This document shows, one piece after another, positions 12,303-24,280 of a stretch of 53,475 nt of DNA (position 1 is the stretch's first letter; each line of letters begins with the position of its first letter). Under the pieces are notes generated by a model. The model made no database searches, was not told where the DNA came from, and saw only the letters and a list, made by a program, of their open reading frames with translations. This stretch comes from Rotaria socialis. Its lineage: Eukaryota. The translations under genes were made by a program, and so were the position numbers. The stretch spans positions 188,189 through 241,663 of the forward strand of contig CAJNYD010000011.1 of the NCBI GenBank assembly GCA_905331295.1. The letters run 5' to 3'.

Positions 12303-14247
12303 ATGACTAATCTATCTGAAGAACATTATTTTCTTCAGTTAAAATCTTTACCTATTAATGACTTACAATTATTACTGACATATTCGGGACAATCAAGAAC
12401 AGGAAAACGTCATGAGCTACTTGAAAGATGTTATTCATCGATTAAATCTTCGAAATTAATACGCGATAAACTTGAAGAACTATATAATAAACGTTTTGGC
12501 CAAGGTGACCTACCAACAATGCCCTATCCGCATGATTCAAAATCTGCATTGAGAATAACACCTCATAATGTACATTCACACCAACAACCATTAAATATTG
12601 ATATACATTTTTTACCATTTACATTCAATGAAGAAATGTGTGTTATATCACCGCCAAATCCAATACCACCCGTAAAACATGTGTCGAATGAATCTCAAAC
12701 GTTAGCCAATTTTTATTTCTTATTATCAGCACAGCAAGCATCTGGTACGAATAAATGAATGCACGCTTTAAAAGTACGAATTTCGTTTTTGTTTACATTT
12801 AGATGTAGCAACATCAACTTATTTCAGCGCTGATCAATCAAAAATTGAATTTCAAAAACAAATCCTACTACGATTTACAACGATTGGTGATATAGCAAAT
12901 ACTGGAACATATGTACCAGATAAATTACCACCCAATCTTTATGTTTTTGTCAATAATAAAGTTGTTGCATTACCTCAACCAAAACCAACAGCAAAACCCA
13001 ATTCAGATGTTATTCGGCCAGGTTAATACGTAGACAAGATAATTAGTATTGCACAATTCAATAAGATACTGAATGATAATAGATCAATGATTAAACTAAT
13101 ACTCTAGCCCTCATATCTTTGTAAACATATTAGAAAAATTTTGCAAACACTCAAATATACACGAAAAAGATTTTCCATTACAAGATATTCTTGAAATAAT
13201 TTGAAATCATTAAAAATGCACTAGATCTACTTGCTCTAATTGCATACTCGTTTATTTCATTAAACAAATTGTAAGGATTATTAAGTAGAGTTGCAAATAA
13301 AAAGTAGAACTTTATTTCTCTTGCCTTCAATTATGTTTAAAGTAATAACTAGTTATTCTTATTATTTAGGCCGACCAATAGATATAACTGAATATTGCCG
13401 TTTATGTCCATTAATATCCAATCTAGTTGAAATATCTTGGTTTACACAAGAAAATTCTAATCCGTTACCAGCTTATATTGCTGCTGTTTATCTCACTGAA
13501 CGTAAAACAGTTCCACAATTGTTAGCACGAATCTCACGTCCTATAGCTATTCGTCCATCTATTGAAACACAACGTTCTATATTACAAACACTATCAGCAC
13601 AACAAACCTCACAAGGAATTGATGATGATCTTGAAGTAGCATCAACGTCAATTCGTATCCCACTTCAATGTCCAGCCATGCGTATACGAATGAGAATCCC
13701 AGGCCGTGCAACAACATGTAAACATGTTCACTGTTTTGATTTAGAAGGCTACTTGCGTATGAATGAAAAAAAGCCAAGTAAGTCAATAAATTATACTTTT
13801 TCTTTTAAAAATCTATTTTCTTGTTTGCCGTTTCTCAGCTTGGCTATGTCCTGTATGTAATAAACAAGCATTATATACGGATCTATTTATTGATCAATTT
13901 TTTATTGATATTATAAATAAATGTTCAACGAATGTACAAGCAATTGAGTATGAAATAAATGGACAATGGAAGCCCATTGAACAAGAAAAACTTTCTCGTA
14001 GAGCACAACGTGAAAGAGAAACATATAAAGCAGATAGTACGAGTAATGGAAAATCTTCGATGGATATGGATCAATTCAATGATGATGATTTTGATGACGA
14101 ACGAACCTTTATGAGTAAGATTTATTTAGCTCTTCTAGGGAAGAAAAGAAAACCACAATAGATCTTCTATTTTTAGAATCAGCTGAGCATGAAGTATCAA
14201 CATCAATTCATGATAATATTCCTATCATAGAATTGGATGATGATTAA
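12303..14247 (+). CDS. PIAS: PIAS-family SUMO E3 ligase; exons 12303-12744, 12803-13021, 13370-13777, 13839-14114, 14177-14247
   Basis: SAP domain (LPINDLQLLLTYSGQSRTGKRHELL), PINIT motif (GRPIDIT), SP-RING (CPAM..GRATTCKHVHCFDL..WLCPVC) and SIM IIELDDD. All joins are GT-AG and in frame. Confidence 0.93.
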
Positions 14248-17045
14248 CATTTGTTAGGAATTTAATCTTTTTTTTATCTCAAATTCTTTTTGTCTACCTG
14301 TAAAATTGCACATGAAAAATTAATAAATAATGCATGTATAAATATAGAAAAAAATTTTATATTTATTTTTAATCATATATTAAGTAGATTAGTTACAGTG
14401 AAATTTTTTTTCAATTTTGGTTACGCTCTAGGGAATATATAGACATTAATCTGCGTAACTGATATACAGAAAGTAGGTTGTGCGGGAAAAGTAATATTCA
14501 TGAAACCTCTGGCAAAACTTTCTGTGTCCCTATAATTAAAAATTTTGTACAAAAGGCTTCTGAGAATAAACTAATGAAATTTCTTTGTACTACCATAATG
14601 TGATCATCGGCTCCGAGTTGCCTGTGTTTCAAAATTTTGAAAGAAAAACAAAAGTTCAACTTTTTCTTTGATGATAATTATTTTATTCAATTTATATATA
14701 TAATTACCGATGCCATGTTTTCGTGTGAAATGTGTTTCGCCATTATATGGCTTACTCGTAAAGATAATGTTTGCTCAAAAGACTATGAAACATAACAAAT
14801 AATAGTATTAAGTAAACAATCTTTGATCTAAACTTACTATTTGAGAGTACATGCCGATGAATTTACTGAGAACTCTTTCATTGAATTTCATGAATTCGAT
14901 CAGCAACAAAAACAAAACGAAATTCTGTATGTATTGTTGAAAGGTGTGCATCGACATTGTTCTCTTTATTTAGAAATTTAATCCGCAATAATGACTTCGC
15001 TAATTGATTTTAATCTTTAACTTTGCGTTGTGAACATGACTTGTTCAAATTTGAACTAAATCTTCTAGACATGGATAAAATTTTCGTAGGATGATTTATC
15101 ATTTTACTTCCAAAAATAATCAATTATTTTATTGTTCTTCTTGTTAAAATGATAATCGATTAATATCGATGAAGAATTTTTGTGAATTGACATTCACCGA
15201 ACATCGTTTGTGATTAATTTATCATCAGTCAAATTCGAAACAACGATGCGTTATGACCTCCAGATCTGACCGAATGTCTATATCATTGTAGTTATCACAA
15301 ATAAAATTTCTTCTTTGCTTTTCATAGTACATACAGCAAATACGGGTACAAATAAAGTAAAAGATTTGCATTAATTTCACTATCGTATTACACATCATAT
15401 GCGATGATGACGGATAAGATGAATCTATTTAATAATCAGATTTTTAATGACAAAAACAGATAATGCAAGCATTAAATGTTATTCGTGGGAAAATGTCGAA
15501 AACATGATTTGTCAGATATGAAAATTAGCATAGGTTTATTTCAAAAATAAGTACATCAATGACAATGAGATGGAGAGAAGATCAACTTGTGCTTTCTGTT
15601 TTGACTGAATAGTAACAAAAGGATATCTTTTTCTTTTGTCATTCAATAAGTATCATATTAATTGAAAAACTAAATCAAACAATTTGCTTACATATCATAT
15701 AAAGATTCTCTTTGATGACACGCAGAAAATGATTGTTGATATTTGTTTCTTACTTATCATTTTTGCTTTACATAAACCATAGAAGTTTTTTTATTCGATT
15801 TCTCTGATCGATACGATGAGCATTAAATTGAATTTTTGAAATGATTCAATTTCCCATTCGAAAATATTGAATGAGACAAGTATACGGCACATGACTCATC
15901 ATCAAATCTCAATAGAATGTACTGATAGTTCTTTGTGTATTTTGAATTGTATTCGAAACGATGTTCTGCTTCATCGATTATATGATCGAAGATGAATATA
16001 ATTTAGATTTGAAATAAAGCACTTGACTGTATTGTATTCCGAGACAATAGAAACTAACACATCATGCCATCATTGAAGTTAGAATTCAGTAATATGAATG
16101 ACGTGTTAATTGAGTCAAGCATAGAATATATGATGAATTCAATCGTAATAAAGCTATCTCCTCCTCATAGCTCACTTGTTCTCAAAAATTCCTCGTCTTT
16201 TTTCTTTTTTCTTTCCTTCAAACCTAGGCAACACAAATTGACCTCGTTTGTTACTTGAGAATTTCCTAATGGAATTATGATTTATTATTATTCACTTCTT
16301 TGATCTATTAAAATTAATAAACTATGATGAATAACAGTTGTTACTAATAAGACGTTCTTTCGTAAGTATATGTAAACATATCGTTCACCAACGCGTATGA
16401 AAGTCATTAGGCTAAGGGTCATCGAACAGGCGGCGCCATGGAGACTAATAAATATCAACTGATCATGATTGATGAATGTGTGTCAACAAGTTTACCCTAT
16501 TGATAATATTTCCGATACTTTTTCTTTCTCGTGCTCGTTTTGCTTCTATCGCCTTACCGAAAAGACGTAATATGTACTATGCCCTTGTCACCTTGTGTGA
16601 TGCACGTTGAAGTTGATGGAGGCACAGCATACTTTCAGAGAAAAGAAAGAAAGCATAATAATTCTTCTTCCTTTTCCAATTGTTCTCAGTTTGTTCTTCT
16701 TCCTTGAACCATTCATTGCACAAGTTCAGCTTCGACTGCAGATAAAAATCTGTCTTTTTGCTCTTGCTTCTTGACAAATCATTCTCAGCTCTATTCTCTG
16801 TTTTTCTCTCTCTCTCTCTTGTTCAGCTACTCTCTTTAGGCTAAACAAGTATTCTCTCTCATTCAAGCTCTCTCTCTCTCTCTCTTCGCTTTCATCATAC
16901 ACACGCAAGAAGAAAGACAGTCACTCGGAGAAAAGAAATACGAAGAAAAAGGAGAAAAAAAAGTTCATTAAATGAGATCAGGCAAAGTAACAACGACAAC
17001 CATTGTATTTGCTTCTTTTCATCTTCATTTTCACTCACACACATA

Positions 17046-18594
17046 ATGACACCACGCAAGTCTTCTTATCCATTCGTGGCTCAGGCTGAAACATTACTTA
17101 TATATGGAATATTTTTATTTCTAACTGGTTTAGCACAAATCTGTGTAACGATAAGTCATCGATATATTATTGCAAGAAATAATCATCATAATGATAATAT
17201 CAACATTCTCAGCTTTCTTCCAGTTACATTTACTTTAGTTGATATGCATTTGTGGTATATTTATCCATCAGCCACACTAGTAAGTATTCATGACAAAAAG
17301 AAATGAAATTGACTATTACATGAATCCGTATTTATACATATATATATATATAAGAACATGTTAAAATGTCAATGATGATGATGATGATTGCTTAATAAAG
17401 TAAAACAAACTCTTGCTGCTCTTTCTCAACTTTGATACAGACAAGTGACATACTCATTGATTAAGTTCGATCATGTTATCTACCAAAACGAATTAATTGT
17501 TAAAACTGAAGAGGAAAGAGTAAAGAAAACTAATCGACAGATGATATTTATATTCATTAAACTAATCAAATATCATTGATGGTCTCTGGTGTGCATTTCA
17601 GCGAGTTGATAGTTTCTTTTTTTTTGCTATTCCTGTAAAAACATACGTTGGTTTGGTAAAGTAATCTATGACATTTACAAGTGTGAAATGTATTATCATA
17701 TATCCGGAGGTTATTTTCTTTCAATCAGATAAAAATCTACATCATTCATATAGTAATCATACTTTTCCCCAGTGATTTTTCCACTCCGCCGATTTCAATA
17801 TTCATAATTAGAAACGTGATCGATATCTTGTTTTTTTCTTCTTAGACCATCATCCCATTTGTCGCTTGCGTGATCTATGCTTTATTCAAACGGCAATCTA
17901 TGGTACTAAAAATAAAATTCAACTTTTATTTTAAATTAAAAAAATTTTTTTCTTTTTAACCATAGGCTATACTTATTTGTATATCATCATTGATTAGTTT
18001 CATCTCATCATCAGTTTATGTTGGTCTTCTTATTGCACATACACTCGAATACTGGCAAACATTAGCATCATATCGTTATAAAAATACTCAATCTACAACG
18101 CCACTAGCGTAAGTTTAACTAAGGGAATATTTTTATTTTTATTCTTATGAAATAATCATCCAATTAGACGTTTACTTGTACCATTTAATGAACCGTCGAC
18201 ATATGCTAATTTAGCGCTTTTAATCACATTTACACTAGCACTTGTTCAAGCACTTTTGTCTATGATTGGAGCAGTTATTTCATGTATTTGGTCACCATGT
18301 TGTATGAGTTTAACGCCTATTTATGCACCAATATCTACCACTTCACATTATGCTCAAACAACACCACATCGGCATGAGGTATGAAGAACAACAAGCTGAT
18401 ATTGTCGTAATTTAACATTTCTATTTGAAATTATCTAGACTCCTCAATCATCAACCTTGCGAAGTGTTAAACGTCAACAGCAGCAGCAGCAGGACACTCA
18501 TCGATTCATTACACACAATGGACATCAAGATATGATGCTTAACGGTTGCCTACATAAAAATTCAACTATGCGAAGTCATTATGATCATGTTTAA
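17046..18594 (+). CDS. Four-transmembrane protein (MS4A/CD20-like topology) with polar C-tail; exons 17046-17279, 17846-17902, 17966-18108, 18168-18378, 18439-18594
   Basis: Five GT-AG exons join in frame. Four hydrophobic segments, then a juxtamembrane CxWxPCC and a short polyQ tail. Confidence 0.8.
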
Positions 18595-19132
18595 ATGTTT
18601 TACTTTTTATTTATTTATTTAAAACATTCTTGTATATTTGTGCCATTCAGTAAAATGTTGTGTTATTGAACATTAAAAAACAATGTCTTGACTTATACTA
18701 GTACATGCATAATTGCCATTTGAAAAATTATTTTTGAAGGCATATAATGGTTGACTTGGGTCATAAATACACTTGGGCAGATACATTATCCACTGAGAAG
18801 AATAGCTGTAACCGATAACTTCCGTTTTAATTTACCTTCAAGAAAACAAGTTTTCTCCATTTTGTTTTTACAGACCACAAGTAAATGAATTCAATATGAA
18901 AATTGTTTTCTATTCTGTTTACTTAGTTAAACAGCCGATAAGTGCATAAACAGAAAACGAAACGAGCAGATGTATGCGCACATCTTCTTTCACATTGACC
19001 TATCTGTTTCTTTTGCCGTACATATGTAAAGAAGCGTGCATTCATGGCGGTCAATAATGCCACTGCGTATGATGCATACTGACTAGACTATTTTTTTTCT
19101 TTTCCTTCTTTTTTTTTCTGCCTTATGTGCGA

Positions 19133-21488
19133 ATGGTCAAGTGGAAATTACTAGCAATTATATTTATTGTTTTCACCGTTTGTACCTATTTAAATAGTAT
19201 TTTAAAACAGCACATTAATTATTTAACCGATGACACTAAAAGCACTATTATAAAAACATTGGTTTTTATTCATATACAAAAAACAGCCGGTTCTGAATTT
19301 GAACGCTCAATTGTTCGTCGACTTCATTTTGGATCACAGCCAAGTTGCCGATGCCCAATGAGATCTCGATTTAATCGAACTACACGTTTTCATATAAAAC
19401 TAAAATGCAATTGTTCAAGAAATAATGAGCCATGGCTTATCAGTCGATTTAGTGTTGGATGGTTATGCGGAGTACACGCTGATTGGATTACTTACCATCG
19501 ATGTTTACCACCAAAAATGAATTTTGAATATGGATTTCATCAACGGAAGTATGTATACTGCTAACGAATGAAAAGTAAAATCTGATAAAATGACTATCAC
19601 AAAAGTAAACGAGTAACTATCGACGTAGTACAGTCACTGCAGTATTCTTAATGATTAGTGTATCCCAGCAGAGCGAAGTGTGCGTACACTCTGTTTTTTG
19701 AGACTACATTTTATTTTCCTATGAAGTACGCTCTGAAAATAAAATTTTTGGCTTAGCAAGGTGTACGTGTACACTATGCTTCGAAATCCTATTAAAAATA
19801 CTGGTGCAGTCATTTGCACTAATGGGAATATAATAACAGTAAATTATTGGTTTATCGATTGTTTTTGTTCGATGTATATCATATGATTATTTACTAGTGA
19901 ACTGCATAGGTTTGAAGTTGTATGGGTGAGAATTATTATCTAGATTATGAAGATGTTCATCATTGAAATGAATAATATCTATAAACGAAAGTTGGAGCAT
20001 AGTTATTCATAAAACAATTTGTTTTACTCTCTGAAAATGTTTGCTTATGTCTAATTATTTAATCGAAACTATTTCTGGTTTAAGTGGAGAAATCAATTTT
20101 TTATTGTTGTTCTCCATAGAAAAGAAAACAATCTATTTATAGAATTTTCTTTATCAATGAACTATGAATGTGTTAAGTATCTCATATATAAACAAATCAG
20201 TAAGTCACTATAATCATTTTTCATGGAAGAAAGAAGACAAAAACTCAATAGGAGGAAGTGGATTGCTCATTGGAAAAAAAGCAAAGCTCTATAATATGAT
20301 GTTCAATTCGGAAACTTTAATATTTCTATGAGCAGGAAATATCTACACATGTTAATTTGCATATTCACTTCCAGCTGTTCTTAGCCTACATCTCAATTGT
20401 ATGAATAAACAATTATTGAGAATTTAACCTTGATAAATTACATGGGAGATAGGCGGCATGTGTTTACAATAATTCAAACTGTCTCTAATTTTCTTATTGC
20501 ATGTATCTATCTACTACTTAAAAACTGATTAATTTTTGTATTGTCTTTGGTGCTTGATCGTTGAAAAACCAAAAAAGTCTAATTATTTTATGCAACATTC
20601 AAAAATTGTATTTAAAGAAAATTATAATTGATATCTCTTTAATATCGAAGAGTATCTTGAGGGTGTGCATGATTACAATCTACCTTAAGCGGATTTCGAT
20701 TCATAGGGAAAATAAATCTTTTAATTGGAAAGGCTGAAATGAGCAGAGCACTTAAATATCAGAAAATTAGAAGAAGCGTTGTTCTAAAATTGTACTTTTC
20801 AAGCTCAACAAAACCAAAAACTATTATTAGAACAGTAGCGATAAATTTTTATTTAGATTCATCTATGCAACACTTCTGCGTGAGCCAGTGACACGTTTCA
20901 TTAGTGAATATCTTCATACACTTCGTGGAGCAAATTGGCTTTCGGAACGATCGTCATGTCAAAAAGCGCAACAACTTCGAAACCAAAGTGCTTGTTGGAA
21001 AAGTAATACTATTGAATTAAAATAAAAAAACAAAGAAATTTTACTTTTTTTAAAAATTAGATACAAATCTAACCGATTTTATTCTATGTCCATTTAATTC
21101 CGCCATAAATCGTCAAACTCGCATGTTATCATCATCCATAAATAATTGTTTATCATCATCATTTACTTATTCCAATTTAATTGATTTAAAGACTGCAAAG
21201 AAAAACCTGGAATCAATGGAATTCTTTGGTCTAACCGAATATCTTTATCTAAGCCAACGTTTATTTGAACGGGTAGCATATTGTAAACTAATTCGAACAT
21301 GTTCGTTTCAATCTTATCTTGAACAAAACTCTATTAATAATCAAACTTATGATTATATAGAAAAAGACTTAATATCGAATGATTTGAATCGCATAAAGCA
21401 AATAAATAGCGATGATATTGAATTGTATCAATTTGCAAAGACATTGTTTTTTAAAAGAACTTGTCAAATACTAGGAATTGCTTGTTGA
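19133..21488 (+). CDS. HS6ST: Heparan-sulfate 6-O-sulfotransferase; exons 19133-19548, 20857-21002, 21061-21488
   Basis: Type II TM anchor, 5'-PSB FIHIQKTAG, WLISRFSVGWLCGVHADW, 3'-PB LREPVTRFISEY, CPFNSAINRQTRML and AKKNLESMEFFGLTEY. Confidence 0.93.
19640..19803. mobile_element. Short MITE in HS6ST intron 1
   Basis: TIR CAGTATTCTTAAT / ATTAAAAATACTG (one mismatch) plus an internal inverted motif (agcgaagtgtgcgtacac / gtgtacgtgtacactatgct). Confidence 0.6.
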
Positions 21489-21868
21489 TGATTAGAGTAT
21501 TTCTTCTTCTTCTTTTTTTATGTTGTTGCTGTTGTTATATTTGCCACTTGAGACTATCTGTTTTATTGTTAAATGATGACACTCATATCTCGCAAATCGA
21601 AACAAACCGTTATAGGAAAATACATTCGTCATTCTTCTCATTTTTTCTTTTTTCCTTATAGTAATGCTTTTGTCTCTCTTTTCTTCTTTCTCATATTGTT
21701 ACTGACGTTCGCATATACAAGACTAGTACTCGGCAATTTTGAGAAAATAATAATAATGAAAAGCAATCATAGAAAACTATCTTTCTTTCTTTGCTTTTAT
21801 TAGTTTGTGTTATTGCTGCATGTTCATTTAAAAAAAGAAAAGATTTTCCATGTAATTCTAGTTTTTGT

Positions 21869-21893
21869 CTATCTGTCTGTCTGTCTGTCTATC

Positions 21894-21932
<39 letters not shown>

Positions 21933-21996
21933 AGTATTTGTTTGATGATGAGTAGTAGTAGTACGGAAGAGGGACTGAGAGAGAGAGAGAGAGAGA
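21869..21996. repeat. (CTGT)n, (CT)n and (GA)n microsatellites
   Basis: Visible tandem runs. Confidence 0.9.
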
Positions 21997-22923
21997 TAAA
22001 GCAATGAATGCCGTTCTTCTCATCGTGTCGTTTCATTGTATGACACATGCCGATAGATAGAGTAGTAGACAAGATAGAAAAAAAAGGGAAACAAGCGAAT
22101 AGCAAGAAAAATAGTATCCATTCATGAACAACTTCATAGATATACAAGAGAATTATATACATCACAATCATTTTATACTATAGAATCCTGTCTTTGTTCG
22201 AAAACAATCATTTCTTTCAATAGATATATAAAAGACAAAAACTGTTATAAATCTCAATTTTTTATTTTATTTTTATTTAGTAGCATGCTTATTTCGGCTG
22301 ACCTATCCAAGTGAGTTTGTCTTTCATTTATTACCCTCTATTGATTGCGATCCAATTAACAATAAGAGTACGCAGCATTGAATCAAATATATCAGAGGTT
22401 CCGCCTAACGGATGTAGTTGAATGAAACAATAATAAATAAATATATGGATACATAGATGCATATATATATATAGTTATAGTTATAGTTATAGAGTATTGT
22501 TTTCTCTATTTACATCGGTCTTCGGTTCCTTGATCATTCGCTGATAAGGACGGTGCCTTAGATTCTATTCATTATTTTCACTCTTCGTTGAGTTGACAGT
22601 TGTTGAAGTTTTATTCCATGTTTCTCTTTGCAGCTACATGCGCATGTCGGAAGACATTTGCCGCTTGTGTTCACTCATCGATCATCATTAGTACTGAACG
22701 AAAGAGAGAGAAATGTCACTACCCGTCGTTCATTTCTTTCGTCGTTGTTGTCATTCGCTTTTTTTTCTTTTGCTGTTTCTTAAGTTTGTTTTATTGGATT
22801 ATGATCGATTGGTAGCGATCGAACCATGATAAGCATTGAATAGAGTTTGAAATCAGACAATATTATAGAAGAAAGAGATCGAATGATGATGTTAAGAAAA
22901 ATTTCTCTAACAAAGTATAGAAG

Positions 22924-23620
22924 GGCATACCCCTGATTGGTACCCTATTACGTCCCCCATCAACTCGTCCCCCGTTAATTGTTTCCGAGTTCGTCTCCTC
23001 TCCAAATTTGTCCCCGCCAGATTCGTTTCTACTCTAAATTGGTCCCCAATTATATTAATTGGCGCTTGATTTCGAGAAATATGAATTTCTAATGTAGTAA
23101 TGGTAAAGATGAAAGACAATTTTTATCGTAATATTAACAAGTAAATATAAACATTTTTTGCAAAAATTAGAAAGAATTAAAAAATTGTCGAGCAATCACA
23201 GTATTATATCAAGACAAAGAAAATGTACTCGTGCAATTTTGTGAACGACATTGCCATTGTATTACTGTTTTCCGTTTGCGTTTGAGAGTATATTGAAAAC
23301 CATTATAGTTCAACACCTTTCCTGTTCGTTTCGTTGGAGTAAAACCGAGCATATTTCAATGTGTTTATAAATAAAAAAATATCGATCAGTCAGCCGTAAA
23401 CAGTTAGCCATTACATGTATCTTTCTTATAGACTGCCGGATTATACCAAAAGAAATGAATCCGATTGTCATTGTCACTAGTTGTGCATATAGACAGAACG
23501 AAGAATGAACATTTCAATGTTAAATAGAGCGGGGACGAATCCGGAGTCAATTAAGCAAACAAAAATCTATGATGGGGACCAGTTCGATTCAATTAAAAGG
23601 GGACGAATTAAGACTAACCC
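22924..23620 (-). mobile_element. Internally deleted Mutator-like element (MULE) with FLYWCH transposase remnant (23352-23209, minus strand)
   Basis: GTCCCC repeats at the left end mirror GGGGAC repeats at the right. Flanking direct repeat tatagaag (22916-22923 / 23621-23628). Minus frame reads MLGFTPTKRTGKVLNYNGFQYTLKRKRKTVIQWQCRSQNCTSTFSLS*. Confidence 0.8.
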
Positions 23621-24280
23621 TATAGAAGACGGAGAAGAATATGGCGATCAAGACCATCTCGAAATTTTCTTTTCAATGAGTAGAATAAGCTCTTTTTCAA
23701 TTTGTACATTAATTCAATATTTTAGATCTCCATCGGTGCTTTTATCGTACACGATAAAAGAAAAGAGAGTCGAATAATCATTGAAAACTCATTCATTTGA
23801 AAAACAATATTTCTTCATCATCTTCTTTTTCTTCACTTTTTGTTCTATGTCAAAATTATATACGAGTGTATCTTGCAGATATAAACAATAAATGAGATTC
23901 ATGCGAATAAGAGATCTGTTTCTTCTTCTTCTATATATCTGAATAATATTATTTTTGTTTGCATATTATTTAATCGATGAATGTTATCTGTGGTTTTATT
24001 TTCCCTTTCAATTAACAGACCACTTTGCTATTTGATATTGATAAGATATCCGGAATTTCAAGATCGCATAGAATCGTTAATGGATTTATAATAGAAGAAC
24101 AGATCTAGGTGCCTGTCATTAGTTTTCTCTGAATAGAGTTTGCTCATTTGTTTTTGAGATACCAACTATTATCACAAAACAAAGAACATTTAATTATTTT
24201 TGTTTTTCAGTCATCAATCAAACTATATGATATAGATATATATAACAGTCATTGATTATGACGCCAGCATCTAAATAAAT

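Noticed and set aside
21461..22815. Several short hydrophobic ORFs
   Set aside because: They derive from microsatellite and T-rich non-coding sequence.
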